Shown here: piece by piece, positions 24,260 through 37,830 of the stretch
Layout of the letters: every line of letters begins with the position of its first letter
How positions within the stretch are numbered: position 1 is the first letter of the stretch
Source: Mobula hypostoma
Lineage: Eukaryota
DNA length: 64,000 bases
Assembly: GCF_963921235.1 (NCBI RefSeq)
Contig: NC_086097.1
Span: forward strand, 249,924,001-249,988,000
Direction of reading: 5' to 3'
Program-made: the position numbers and the translations under genes
The notes under the pieces: generated by a model
What the model was told of the DNA's origin: nothing
The model's input: only the letters and a program-made list of their open reading frames with translations
Database searches by the model: none

Positions 24260-26260
24260 GCAATGATATCATGGTCAGGTTTTATAAGGCACTGGTGATG
24301 CGTCATTTGGAGTATCCTGAGCAGCTTTGTGCCCTTTATCTAAGAAAAGATGTGTTTACAAAGGAGGTTCACGAAAATGATTCCAAGATTGAATAGCTTA
24401 TCATATGAGGAGTGTTGCTGGGCAATGACGTACCTGTCAGTAGGTAATTGGTCATTGTAAAAGCAAGGATGTAATGTTGAAACTTTATAAAACACTGGTG
24501 GTGCCTCACTTGAAGTATTGTCAGCAGGTTTGGGCCCCTTATCTTAGAAAGGATGTGCTGAAACTGGAGAGGGTTCAAAGGAGGTTCATGAAAATTATTC
24601 GAGGATTGAATGGCTTGTCATATGAAGAATGTTTGATGGCTTTGGGCCTGTATTCACTGGAGTTCAGAAGAAAGAGGGGTGACCTTATTGAAACCTGTCA
24701 AATTGTGAAAGGTCTTGATAGAATGGATGTGGAGAGGATGTTTCCTATGGTGGGAGAATCTCAGGCCAGAGGACACAGCCTCAGAATCGAGGGGTGTCCT
24801 TTTAGAATGGAGATGAGGAGGAATTTCTTTAGCCAGAGAGTGGTGAGTCTGTGGAATTCATTGCCACAGGTAGCTGTGGATGCCAAGTCTTTATGTATAA
24901 TTAAGGCAGAGGTTGATAAATTCTTGATATGGGAAGAACACAGGAGATTGGAGCTGAGAGGGAAAATAGGTCAGCTGTGATGAAATAGCGAGCAGATGCG
25001 ATGGGCCAAAGGCCTAATTCAGCTCCGATACAATACCATTAGACATGGGAGCAGAATTAGGCCATTCAGCCCATCGAGTCTGCTCCAACATTCCATCGTG
25101 GCTGATCCTGGATCCCACCCAACCCCATACACCTGCCTTCGTGCTGTATCCTTTGAAGCCCTGACCAATCAGGAAACAATCAACTTCCACTTTAAATATA
25201 CCCATGGACTTGGCCTCCACCACAGTCTGTGGCAGACGCATTCCACAGATTCACTACTCTCTGGCTAAAATAATTCCTCCTTATCTTTGTTCTCAAAGGT
25301 CACCTCAATTTTGAGGCTGTGCCCTCTAGTTCTGGATACCCTCACCATAGGAAACATCCTCCCCACATCCACCCCAACTTTCAGCATTTAGTACGTTTCA
25401 ATGAGATTCCACCTCATTTTCTAAATTCCAGTAAGTACAGATCCAAAGCTGCCAAACGTTCCTCATATGTAAACCCCTTTATTCCTGGAATCATCTTTGT
25501 GAACCTCCTCTGGACTCTCTCCAATGACAACACATTCTTTTTAATATGGGGCCCAAAACTATTGACAATACTCAAAGTGCAGCCTGACTAGTGTCTTGTA
25601 GAGGCTCAGCATTATCCCCTTGCTTTTATGTTCTATTCCTGTTGAAATAAATGCCAACATTGCATTTACCTTCTTTACCATAGACTCAAACTGTAGATTA
25701 ACCTTCTGGGAGTCTTGCATGAGGACTCCTAAGTCCCTCTGCACTTCTGATGTTTGAACCTTCTCCCCATTTAGATAATAGTCTGCACTATTGTTCCTTT
25801 TCCCAACACTGTATTCCATCCGCCACTTTTTTGCCCATTCTTTCAATCTGTCTAAGTCCTGCTGCATTTGCATTGCTTCCTCAGCACTACCTACCTCTCC
25901 ACCTGTCTTCGTATCATCCGCAAACTTGCTACAAAGCCATGAATTCCATTATCCAAATCAAAGGCAAACAATGTGAAAGTAGTGGTCCCAATTTGGACTT
26001 CTGAGGAACACCACTAGTCACTGACAGCCAACCAGAAAAAGCTTCCTTTATTCTCACTCGCTGCCTCCTGCCTGTCAGCTATTCCTCTATCCATGCCCGT
26101 ATCTTTCCTGTAACACCGTAGGATTTTATCTTGTTAAGCAGCCTCATGTCTGGCACCTTATCCAATGCCTTCTGAAAATCCAAGTAAATGACATTCACTG
26201 CCTCTCCTTTGTCCACCCTGCTTGTCACGTTTTTGAAGAACTCTGAAAGATTTGTCATCT
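24260..26260. mobile_element. Tail-to-tail CR1 3' fragments (+ 24260-25025; - 25035-26260)
   Basis: ORF 24474..24980 (LERVQRRF, RNFFSQRVV) and ORF 25559..25873. Confidence 0.85.
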
Positions 26261-28399
26261 TATGGTCTTAAGGTAAATTATTTGGTGATTAAGCTAGGAT
26301 GAAATTGGTGTGTTGCTGGGTGGCGTGGCTCGAAGGGTCGGAAAGACCTGTTCTATGCTGCGTGTCTAAATAATTGTTAACGCTGTCTTTCTGACACTAA
26401 ACTCATCAGTTTGATGAACAGATTTGTTGTTATGTCTAAGTGCTTTGCTTGTGTTTGTGTGTTGTTTTAAATAATAGTAGGCCCTAAATAAATCAGGCTC
26501 TCGCATTTCAAAGATATTACCATGGAAACCTTGAAAACTGCCTGCTGCCCTGTAGAACGTGGCTTCCACTGTTATTTATGTTTGCATCCTCTGAATAGAT
26601 GTTAACCAGAAGTTGAATTTGTTAGCAGTCACGATGTGCTTAAGGTTCCTTAAGATTGTTATAGCTGGGGGGTGGTAGTGGGAATAAGTTCCTATGACCT
26701 GTTAAATGCTCCCAATAGTGTGTGTCTCAAATAGCCCCTTGATAACCAAGTCCGGCACTTGGCCTTCGCGTGTGGTTTAGCTACTAAGCCGGTGAAACCG
26801 TTTCTACTGACAGGAGAAGGGGCAAAGGCAGGTTACTGGCGCCTTAAAACCCGTCACTTCGGGCAGATGTGGCTCCTCAGCCGTGGTTGGCAGCTCACCT
26901 AAGAGAAGGAAAACTCTGATCTTAAACCTTCTCTACCTTGTGGCTATGCTTACTCATGGGGTAAGTTTCAGGAGTAAACCCCGAGGGGAAAATTCTGGAG
27001 CTGGAGTCCCTAAGGCAGTCCTATGTTTTCAACACTGACTGGCAACTCCCGTGATACCGCTGCTGCCAAACTCTATCAGTCTCTGCCGTTTCTTTGGGTT
27101 CATCAGCTGCGTGGAGTGCGAGAGCCTGCTACATGGGCAACAGCTTGCTCTCCTATCATACTGTCCTGACTTGCGTATCACATGGACAGCTGGGACGCAA
27201 CATCCATGGTTAACCCTGACCAAGGGAGGACCTCGCTGTGTGCTCTACAGTACTGGTACTTTCTATCAATAGAAAGCAGGTGGTCTATTTTGTATTAGCA
27301 AAAAAAATTATGATTCTGTAAGAAGATTTTTTTTTAAAAAAAAAAGGCAAGGTAGGCCGGTCAGCCCCTTCTCCTGATTCCCATGTAGGTGTAATGTGTC
27401 TCCATCTCTGTCTTGAATATACTCAATGACTATCTCCACAGTTCTCAGGTTAGAGAATTCAAAGTACATTTATTATCAAGTATGTATACGTATACAACCT
27501 TGAGATTCATCTTTTTGCAAGTACCCACAAAACAAACGCAATGGAACCCATTAAAAATCCTGCACACCAAAGACTGTCAAATACCTAGTGTGCAAAAAAA
27601 AGAGAACAAATCGTGTAAACATTTAAAAAAGTAAACAGATAAACACGGAATATGAACCCAAAGTGAGTCCAGTGCCAGTTCAACGCTGAGCTGAGTGAAG
27701 CTGGTCCTGGAGTCTAGTGGTTGCAGACCATAGCCATGGAGCCAGTTCATGCTGAGGTGAATGCCGATGGTTGCAGGCCACAGCTGTAAAGTTATTTCAG
27801 TGCTGAAATGAGTGATCCTCTGCCTTTGGCCTCGACGCCTTGACTTTAAAAATCTGCCTCGGTGTCTAAATCGGCCAAACTTCGTTTTTTTTTTCGCTCT
27901 CGGTCCTGGGCCCCACCGTTTCATTTGGATCCAAGTCCTGTCCAGCAGTGGCTGCCATGGCCATAACTACATTTTCGCGAGTCCCATTCACTGAATCTTC
28001 CAGGATAACACAAAAATGTGAGATTGTGTCAACGGTTCAAAAGCACAACTCCCAGTGGGAAATTACAGGCTGTGTGGATGGCAGTGAATGTAGTCCAGAA
28101 AAATTGTAATTAATAGAATAGTTAGTAGTTTTGTTTGCTGCTTGTAATACGTCTCAGTGTCTCACCAGTGCTATCTTTACTGGCTTGAGGTTCAGGGCCA
28201 TCTAAGAGAAGGGCTTCTTTGTCATTTCAACTGAAATGGATGACCTTTTATTCTGAACTCTGCCTGGTACTTCAAGGATCTATCGTATGAATCTTCCTCA
28301 GATTCTTTCATGTTTCAATAAGTTCATCTCTCTCATTCATCTCAACTTTGATTCATTATGGGCACAATCTGCTCAAACCCTTTATCCCAGAAATCAGCC

Positions 28400-28770
28400 T
28401 GGTGAACGAATTGAAGCAGCAGCGATGTGGTTTTTGAGGAGGATGCAAAGAATATCATGGATGAAACGAATATCTAACGAGGTTTCATGAATAGAGCAAA
28501 CACAAAAAGAGGAATAATGTATGAGATCATGAAAAGGCAACGTAACTTCATTGGACATGTGATTAGGAGAGAGGAGTTAGAATGCACAGTAATTATGGGA
28601 AAGATTGAAGGGAAGAAAGCAAGAGGAAGACAAAGACAAATGATGATGGAGACAGCAGCCAGAGAATTGGAAATGAATATTAATGAATTGATCCACTTGA
28701 CCCGAAACAGGAGTGTGTGGGCCATGGCAGTCAAAGCTCAAACTGGGCACGGCACCTGCTGATGATAGCA
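28400..28770 (+). mobile_element. RTE-clade LINE 3' end
   Basis: RIEAAAMWFLRRMQRISW, FIGHVIRR, GKIEGKKARGRQR; (TGA)n tail continues at ~28889-28908 after a PLE insert. Confidence 0.85.
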
Positions 28771-31541
28771 ACACACACAAAAAATGCTGGTGAACTCAGC
28801 AGGCCAGGCAGCATCTATAGGAAGAAGTACAGTCAACCATTCGGGCCGGGACCCTTCGTCAGCATCTGCAGACTTTCTCGTGTTTACCTGATGATGATGA
28901 TGATGATGAACCTTCTCTGTGCTTTTAATCTGCATAGTTTCTTCCAAATTCTGCATAGGTTCTTCCAAAATGATTCCTCTTACAGTTTCTTCTCAGTCAA
29001 TACAATCAGTGTTCAAGACAACAGAAATTTTAGCAAAAGTCAGTAGCTTGAAACAATGCATGATACTTAATGAAAGGGTCAGATGGAGTTCAACCTGGAA
29101 AAGTGTGAAGTGATTCACTTTGGAAGGTCGAATTTGAAGGAAGAAGATAGGGTTAATGGCAGGATTCTTACTGCTGTGGAGGAACAAAATGATCTTGGGT
29201 GTCACATCCATAGATACCTCTAAGTTGCCACGCAAGTTGATAGAGTTGTTAAGGTATATGTTAAGTTGGACTTCAGTAGTCGAGGGATTGAGTTCAAGAG
29301 CTGCAAAGTAATGTTGCAGCTTTATAAAACCCTGGTTAGACCACACTGAACAGAATATCCTGTTCACTTCTGGTCACCTCATTATACAAAGGACATGGAA
29401 GCTTTAGGGATGATACCTGGATTAGAGAAGTTGTCTATGAGGATAGGTTGAGTGAGCGAGGGTTTTTCTCTTTGGAACAAAAGAGGACGAGAGTTGACTT
29501 GATAGAAGTAAATAAAATGAGTAAGAGGCATAGGTCGAATGGATAGCCAGAAACTTTTTCCCAAGTGGAAACAGCTAATTCCATTCTGTACTAAGTGTGG
29601 TCTCCCAATGAGGAAGTCAAGATCCAGTTGTGGATGGAGGTACAGAGGTCCAGATTTTGGAGCATTTATCATAATGCTATGCAATACTTCGACCAGTATC
29701 AGATCTATAACTGAAGTGAATGACAGTGGCAAATTTCTGTGTGGGGGAACACATTTGCCTTCACCTGCTTACTGCTGATACAATTTAAAAAATGATGCTT
29801 CTTAGAGGCTGTGATTCAGCAGAGTACTCAACTGTGTCCTTGACATTGGGAAGAATTTGGTGCAGCTGAATTCCTCCATTAATAACTATTAGGAACTAAT
29901 ACACAGTTTTCTAGTACTCTAGTAATATTGGTAGTGTTGTAACTTGTGTATTTCATTTAAATACAGAATTTGTTTTATACCTTTTATAATGATTTCCATG
30001 AAACTTTAGCTAATTGGGACAGCTGCTTAGTTGGATGAAAATAAACTGGTCCCAATTAACTGGAATCCACTGTATTGTATCTTGAAAGCTCTTCTGATAG
30101 ACAAATGCTCAACAAATTGATTAGAAAACCTTTTGTTAAAAATATTTTGTAAATTTAAAGCCTTAGCAAGATGGAAAGTGAGTATTTTGGTACATTGAAC
30201 ACTTGTGCACAAAAAGCAGTGCACTATTTCTTACAGTGTATTATAGTTTCATAAATTAAAGATGCGTATCCTGAAAAGTCAAAACCATGATGGTGAAGAA
30301 TGATAAATCAGGCAATTACTTTACAGGTACGGTGTAGTGGAAATTTGCCTGAATTTCAGATTTCACATGTAATTGTAAGGTAAAGCCATATCCTGCCAAA
30401 AGTACAGCAGTATGATTGAGCAGGAATTGTTTTTCGGATTACTTAACTTTTTCTCTTCTAGGATACAAATACTTCTTTTGAGCTTTTCTCCATGTGTGGA
30501 AGCAGTGCTTTTCATCCATAAGACCATCAGACATAGGAGCAGAATTAGGCTATTTGGCCCATCGATCTGCTCTGCTATTTCATCATGGCTGATTTATTTT
30601 CTCTCTCAATCCCATTCACCCAGCTCTCTCTGTAACCTTTGATGACCTTGAACCTATCAGCCTCTGCTTTAAATCTATTTGGCCTCCACTGCCGTCTGTG
30701 GCAACGAATTCCACAGATTCACCACCCATTGGCCAAAACAAATCCTCCTCATCTCTTCTCATCTCTTTTCTAAAGAGACGCCTTGTAATCTGAGGCTTTG
30801 CCCTCTGGTCCTATTGGAGACATCCTCTCCTTGTCAGTTCCATCTAGGGCATCCAATATTCCCCACATGGAACAGTAGCTGACCCCAGTCCTGTGCTCAC
30901 ACAGGGGTAGGAACTGTAGCTCACTCATTTTTACCTTCTCCAAGTTCAGTAATGAGATCAGCAGATCTTCTCATTAGGTGCTTTGTTCTCTGGCAGTTCC
31001 ACAATGAGCAGCATTTGCTTACAAGTTTCTTGGAAACTTGGGTCCATTTGGACTGCTAAAGCCATTTTACAGCTGATTAAATGAAAGATGTCATATGTAC
31101 ATTGAAGCATACAGTGAAATGCATTGTCTCCATCACACAATATGAGGATTGTGCTGCGGACAGCCCTTGGATGCTGCCACAATTCTGGTGTCAACATGGC
31201 ATGCCCACAACTCATTAACCCCAATTATATGTCGTTTGGAATGTGGGAGGAAACCGGAGCACCTGGAGCAAACTCTCATGCACATGGTCAAGGGGAGAAT
31301 GTACAAATTCTTTACAGTGGCAGGAATTGAATGGTAAAGCTTTGTGCTATATATATATATATATATATGGGTTGCTGTATACATGGTGTGTGCTAAAAAA
31401 AAAGGTTTTTCTAAGCAGTGAACCTCAGCTTGAGTTTTATAAGTGGCTGGTTAGTGGAAATTTATCATCCAATTGCAAATAAAACTGCTTTTAAAATTAA
31501 TTCTTTTTTTTTGTATACCATTGGTCTTGCCTGTCCTGCAG

Positions 31542-31690
31542 GGTGTTGCTCTTGTGGATAGAAATTCAAGGCCGCAGGTGATTTTCCAGTTAAATGTGGA
31601 GGATCTGCCAGAGAGTATACAGGATCGATTCAACAGTCTCTTTAACATCAGGGAGAAATGGACAGAAGATGATATAGCTCCATACATCCA
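31542..31690 (+). CDS. DSCC1: DSCC1 coding exon, GVALVDRNSRPQVIFQLNVEDLPESIQDRFNSLFNIREKWTEDDIAPYI
   Basis: ctgcag acceptor and gtgagt donor; 149 nt, phase 0 to 2; lies within ORF 31473..31694; matches RFNSLFSLREKWTEEDIAPYIQ. Confidence 0.97.
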
Positions 31691-31791
31691 GTGAGTAATT
31701 TCGATAGTGACATGAATTCCGAACTTATTGCAAAGGCTGCAGTGATGATATTTGGACTCTGCAACAGGATATGAAGAGGCGAATTACGAAT

Positions 31792-34299
31792 TAGTGCCTA
31801 TAAAAAGTACTTCCCCCCCCCCGCCACCCCACCCCGCCCCAAGAAGTTTTCATGTTTTACTGTTTTTCAACATTGGATCACAGTGGATTTAATTTGGCTT
31901 TTTGACACCGATCAACAGAAAAGACTCTTTCGTATCAAAGTGAAAACAAATTTCTACAAGTTGGTCTAAATTTATTACAATTATTGAACATAAGATAATT
32001 AATTGCATAATTACTCACCCCCTTCAGGTCAGTATTTAGTAGATGCACCTTTGGCAGCAATTACAGCCTTGAGTCTGTGCAGATATGTCTCTATCAGCTT
32101 TGCACATCTGGACACTACAATTTTCCCCATTCTTCTTTACAAAACTGCTCAAGCTCTGTCAGATTGCATGGGGATTATGAGTGAACAGCCCTTTTCAAGT
32201 CCAGCCACAAATTCTGAATTGGATTGAGGTCTGGACTCTGACTTGGCCACTCCATGACATTAACTTTGTTGTTTTTAAGCCGTGTAGGTTTGTAGGTTTG
32301 GCTTTCTGCTTGGGGCCATTGTCTTGCTAGAAAACAAATCTACCCAAGTTGCAGTTCTCTTGCAGACTTCATCAGGTTTTCTTCTGGGAGTTCCCTGTGT
32401 TTTGATGCATTCATTTTATCATCTACCTTCATAAGCCTTCCATGGCTTGCTGGAGTGAAGTATCCCCACAGCATGATGCAGCCACCATCGTGCTTCACAG
32501 TAGGGATAGTGCGTTTTTAATGATTTGCGGTGTTTGGCTTACGCCAAACATAGTGTTTAGTCAGGTGGCCAAAAACCTCAATTTTGCTTCATCAGACCAT
32601 AGAACCTTCTTCAGAGTCTCCCACGTGCCTTCTGACAAACTCTAGCTGAGATTGCAAATTAGTTTTTTTCAACTAGGCGTTGTAGACAGTGAGGAAGGCT
32701 TTCAAAGCTTGCAGAGGGATCTGGACCAACTGGAAAAATGGGCCAGAAAATGGCAGATGGAATTTAATGCAGACAAGTGTGAGGTGTTGCATTTTGGAAG
32801 GATAAATCAAGGTAGGACATACACAGTAAATGGTAGGGCACTGAGGAGTGCAGAGGAACAAAGGGATCTGGAAGTTCAGATACATAATTCCCTGAAAGTG
32901 GCGTCACAGATAGACAGGGTTGTAAAGGCTTTTGGCATCTTGACATTCATAAATCAAAGTATTCAGTATAGGAGTTGGGATGTTATGGGGAGGTTGTATA
33001 AGACATTGGTGAGGCCAAATTTGGAGTATTGTGTGCAGTTCTGGTCACCTAACCGTGGGAAGGATATCAGTAAAATTGAAAGTGTGCAGAGAAGGTTTAC
33101 TAGGATGTTGCCAGGTCTTCAGGAGTTGAGTTACAGGGAAAGATTGAACAGGTTAGGACTTTATTCCTTGGAGCGTAGAAGAATGAGGGGAGATTTGATA
33201 GAAGTTTAAAAAAATTATGAGGGGTATAGACAGAGTAAATGCAAATAGGCTCTTTCCACTTAGATTAGGAGGGATAAATACGAGAGGACATGGCTTTAGG
33301 GTAAAAGGGGAAAGGTTTAGGGGGAACATTAGGGGGAACTTCATTCAGAGAGTGGTGGGAGTGTGGAACGGACTGTCATCTGACGTAAATGCGGGCTCAC
33401 TCTTAAGTTTTAAGAATAAATTGGATAGGTACATGGATGGGAGAGGTCTGGAGGGTTATGGACTGGGTGCAGGTCAATGGGAATGGCAGAATAAAGTTCC
33501 AGCACAGACTAGAAGGGCTGAATGGCCTGTTTTCTGTGCTGTAATGTTCTATGGTTCTAACAGTGGCTTTCTCCTTGCCACTCTCCCATTGGTGAAGAAC
33601 CTGGGCAACAATTGTTGTTTGCGTAGTCTCTCCCATCTCAGCCACTGAAGCTTGTAACTCCTCTAGAGCTGTCATGGGTCTCTTGGTAGGCTCCCTCACT
33701 AGTCCCCTTCTTGCACGGTCACTCAGTTTTTGAGGATGGCCTGCTCTAGGCAGATTTACAGCTGTACTATATTCTTTCCATTTCTTGATGATTCACTTCA
33801 CTATACACCAAGGGATATTTAGTGACTTGGAAATTTTCTTGCATCTATCTACTGCCTGGTGGTTTTTAATAATCGTCTTGTGGAGTTGCTTGGACTGTTC
33901 TTTTGCTTTCGGGGTGTAGTTTTTGCCAGGGTACTAACTCACCAGCAGTTGGACCTTCCAGATACAAGTGTATTTTTACCACAATCAATTGAAACACCGT
34001 GACTGCACACAGGTGATCTCCATTTAATTAATTATGTGACTTCCAAAACTAATTGACTGCACCAGTGATGATTTGATGTGTCATATTAAAGAGAGTGAAC
34101 AGTTATGCAATCAATTATTTTGCAATTTATATTTATAATTAACTTAGATCACTTGGTAGAGATCTGTTTTCATTTTGACACGGAAGAGTCTCTTTTTCTG
34201 TTGGTTAGAAAAAACAAATTAAATCCACTGTGATTCAATGTTTTAAAACAATAAAACATGAACATTTCCAAGAGAAGTGAATGCTTTTTATGGTTACTG
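31792..34299 (-). mobile_element. Tc1-like DNA transposon, degenerate, ~250-bp TIRs, interrupted by a CR1 fragment (~32672-33557, +)
   Basis: Ends are reverse-complementary (CACAGTGGATTTAATTTG, TTGCATAA); QDNGPK-like DDE remnant near 32320; TKRPMTALEELQAS HTH remnant in ORF 33403..33699. Confidence 0.82.
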
Positions 34300-34574
34300 T
34301 AAGTGAGCAAAGAATTTGGCAAATGAAAGGAAGTATGTGGTCAGGAACTTTGGTAAAAAGAATCAAAAGATAGTTTCTCTATTATTGAAATAGAGATTGC
34401 AAGTGAGTGGACTACGGAGAGATCTATGTGTCCTTGTATATAAACCACCAAGTTACATTGGCATTCATAAATAAGGGTGTTGAGTACAGGAGTTGGGACG
34501 TAATGTTGAAGTTGTATAAGACTTGGTGAGGACTAATTTGGAGTATTGTGTGTAATTCTGGTCATTTACCTATG

Positions 34575-35220
34575 CTGTGTACATACATCTATTGATGCTT
34601 CTGGACACATCTTCAGTGATGTTTCTGGAATCATCGGGTGTTTCGGGTCTTTCAACATCATACAACCTCCTCCAGGTGACCCAGCCGGGGCTGATCAGAC
34701 CCCAGCTTGTGTCCAGATGGCTAGCTACTTATGACTCCATGGCTCCCCTCTTTTGAGCCACAGCCATCTTGAGGCCCTCTCTGCCGCATCGGTGGTACTG
34801 CGGATGGCTCTCCTCTTCCTCTCTCCCTCGATGCCCAAAATGCTGAAGGCTCTAACTAAGGAACGGGCTGCGAATCCCCTACAACCAACCCCCACTGGGA
34901 GACACCTCGCTCTCCATCCAGCCTGCTGACAGTTGCTGACCAGTCCTGCGTACTTGGAGAGCTTCCTTTCAAAGGCCTCCTCCAAGCGATCTTCCCATGG
35001 GACTGTCAGCTCCAGCAGCACCACTTGCTTAGTAGACTCAGACACTAGGACAATGTCTGGTTGCAGGGTGGTGGCTGCGATATGGTTGGGGAACTTCAGC
35101 TGCCCTTCGAGGTCCACCAACAGCTGCCAGTCCCTTGCAGAGGTCAGAATGCCTGCAGATGTTCTTTTGGCGGGTATTGGCTGCTCCCCAGCTCTGACAA
35201 AGGCAATGGCCTGCTTGGAG
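34575..35220 (-). mobile_element. HERO/NeSL-type (restriction-like endonuclease) non-LTR retrotransposon 3' end
   Basis: ORF 34725..35120 PDIVL...LLELTVPWE...ERKLSKY (RLE); TSD GGTCATTTACC at 34560-34570 and 35221-35231 within a CR1. Confidence 0.85.
34603..34714 (-). ncRNA. Candidate rearranged (non-circularly permuted) hammerhead ribozyme in the HERO 3' UTR
   Basis: CUGAAGA, GAAA and GUA cores present with stem I UGAUGUU/AACAUCA and stem III ACACCC/GGUUGU, but in atypical strand order. Confidence 0.55.
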
Positions 35221-36184
35221 GGTCATTTACCGATGGAAAATATATCAATGAGATTGAAAGAGTGCAGGGAAAATTTATGAGGATGTTGTTGAGACTTCAG
35301 GATTTTAGTCATTGGTAAAGGTTAAATAGGTTAAAACTTTTATCTCCTGAAGTGTGAGAGAATGAGGGGAGATTTGATAGAGGTATACAAAATTATGAGG
35401 GGTGTAGATAAGGTAAATTCCAGCAGGCTTTTTCCACTGAATTTGGGTGAGACTAAAACTAGATGACATAAGTTTAAGGTGAAAGGTGAAATATTTTGGG
35501 GAACCTGAGGGGGAACTCAGATAAGTTGTCCGTAGGAGTCTTGGAAATTCGATCCATCTGCTGCTCATTTCTCAACATCTTGCATTGAGCTTACATTCTC
35601 ATTTTATTCTTCATTAACTACATTTCATTCCTTTACATTCCATGAAATAAAGTCTTAACCTTTTCCTGTAGCACAGGTCCTCGAGTCCTGGAGCAGCACC
35701 AGGCAAGCTTGAAAATGAGACGATAACCTGTTACTTAAACCTGCCGTGTGCAGTTACACCTGTGAAAAAGGCCGCGCCAACGTGTCGTCCTCTCTGATGG
35801 TGGAGTCAGGTGTGTGAGTGCAAAAGGCAAGCCTGCAGCACTCACATCTAGCTTGATGCACCTGGTGAATGATTCACACGTGCAAAATGCTGTAGGAGCT
35901 TAGTGAGACAGGCAAAGTCCATGGAGGGAAATAAACAGTTGATATTTCAGGCTGAGACCTGGCCCGAAATGTCAACTGTTTATTCTCCTCCATAGTTGCT
36001 GCCTGACCTGCTGAGTTCCTCCAGAATTTTGTGTGTATTGCTCAAGATTTCTAGCATCTACAGAATCTCTTGTGTTTATGGTAAATGATATACCTTGGTT
36101 TCTTCTCAAGGTCCTCAATACTGCAGAGACAGCCTGTAGTTATGTTGATTCACTTTATATCTTACCAGGAAACGGCAAGCATTT

Positions 36185-37830
36185 TAGACCATAAGACATA
36201 GGAGCAGAATTAGGCCATCTTGCCAATCGAGTCTGCTCCGCCATTCAATCATGACTGATCCTTTTCTTCTATCTCCTCCTCAACCCCAGTTCCTGTCCTT
36301 CTCTCTGTAACCTTTGATGCCATGTCCAATCAAGAGCCTATCAGTCTCTGCCTTAAATATGCCTAACGACCTGGCCTCCACAGCTGCATGTGGCAACAAA
36401 TTCCACAAGTTCACCACCCTCTGGCTAAAGAAATTTCTCTGCATCTCTGTTTTGAAAGGGCGTCCCTCTATCCTGAGGCTATGCCCTCTTGTCCTAGACT
36501 CTCCCACCATGGGAAACATCCTTTCCACATCTACTCTGTCTAGGGCTTTCAACATTTGAAAGGCTTCAATGAGATCCCCCCTCATCCTTCTGAATTCTAG
36601 CGAGTACAGACCCAGAGTCATCAAATGTTCTTCGTATGATAACCCTTTCATTCCTGGAATCATTCTTGTGAACCTCCTCTGGACCCTCTCCAATGCCAGC
36701 ACATCTTTTCTAAAAACTATTCATAATACTCAAGATGAGGCCTCACCAGTGCCTTAAGGGCAAATTATACTTGTGCGTCAAATCGACACCGTAGGTACAG
36801 CGTACCCGCGTAACCTACACAGTACCCTACGCCATACCCTACCCCGTAGCCTGATGCGCACCTCCCCAAAAATGTAACTACGCGTCATGGCGACGCAGAC
36901 TGCAACAACTGTGGTCCGCTTGGTAGCATCGCATTTCCTCCTACGCTGCAATAGCTTCCCATTGGGCGACTGAAGGGCAGGGGAGGAACTCTGGCTGCAA
37001 TGCTTTCCATAAAGCTTTACAGACCTCCGAAATTATGGAGGACCCTGTGCTTGACGCCAGTTTGTACCTAGCTGCTACAGCCTGTTGACTTCCACCTGAA
37101 GCTAAAACTTGAATGGTGATTGCCAGTCTCTGAGTATACTGTGTGTACACTGATGTGAAATAAATGGTTGGAGACGATGAACCAAATCGTCAAATCTACC
37201 TGCTGACATCCGAAAATATTTGAAATGCATTTCCTTATCCATGTCTCTCAGTGGCCGGACAAGCACAGAAAATTCACCCTCCTTCAGTTTCAGCCGCCAT
37301 TGTTTGGAGTTTGAATTTCTTCGTGTTGAGTTGCAACACAAAGAAACTCAACACAGCAGCATAGAAACCCCACTGCCAACTAGCATTTTGGTGGAGAATT
37401 GCAGAGCGACGCAGACACACCAATGCACAAGTATAAATCAGCCTTTATAAAGTCTCAGCATCACATCCTTGCTCTTATATTCTAGATCTCTTGAAATGAA
37501 TGCTAACATGGCATTTGCCTTCCTCACCACCAACTTGACCTGAAAGTTAACCTTTAGGGTGTTCTGCACAAGGACTCTCAAGTCCTTCTGTATCTCAGAT
37601 TCCTGGATTTTCTCCCCATTTAGAAAATAGTCCACACATTTATTTCTACTACCAAAGTGCATGACCAAGCATTTTCCAACATTATATTTTATTTGCCACT
37701 TTCTTGCCCATTCTCCTAATCTGTCTTAAGTCCTTCTGCATCCTTCCTGTTTCCTCAACACTACCTGCCCTTCTACCAATCTTTGTATCATCTGCAAACT
37801 TGGCAACAAAGCTATCTATTTCATCGTTTT
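36185..37830 (-). mobile_element. CR1 3' fragment hosting a Harbinger insertion
   Basis: ORFs 36280..36702 and 37438..37668. Confidence 0.85.
36757..37444 (-). mobile_element. PIF/Harbinger internally deleted element
   Basis: TTA TSD (36754-36756, 37445-37447); imperfect 20-bp TIR ending [20 protein letters not shown]...FDDL and [12 protein letters not shown]...[12 protein letters not shown] transposase N-terminal remnants. Confidence 0.85.

Noticed and set aside
26745..26810. HDV-like ribozyme
   Set aside because: An L3-like TTCGCGT is present, but P1, P2 and P3 pairings could not be completed
36941..37341. Host HARBI1 gene
   Set aside because: Fragmentary, frameshifted and bounded by TIR/TSD inside a CR1
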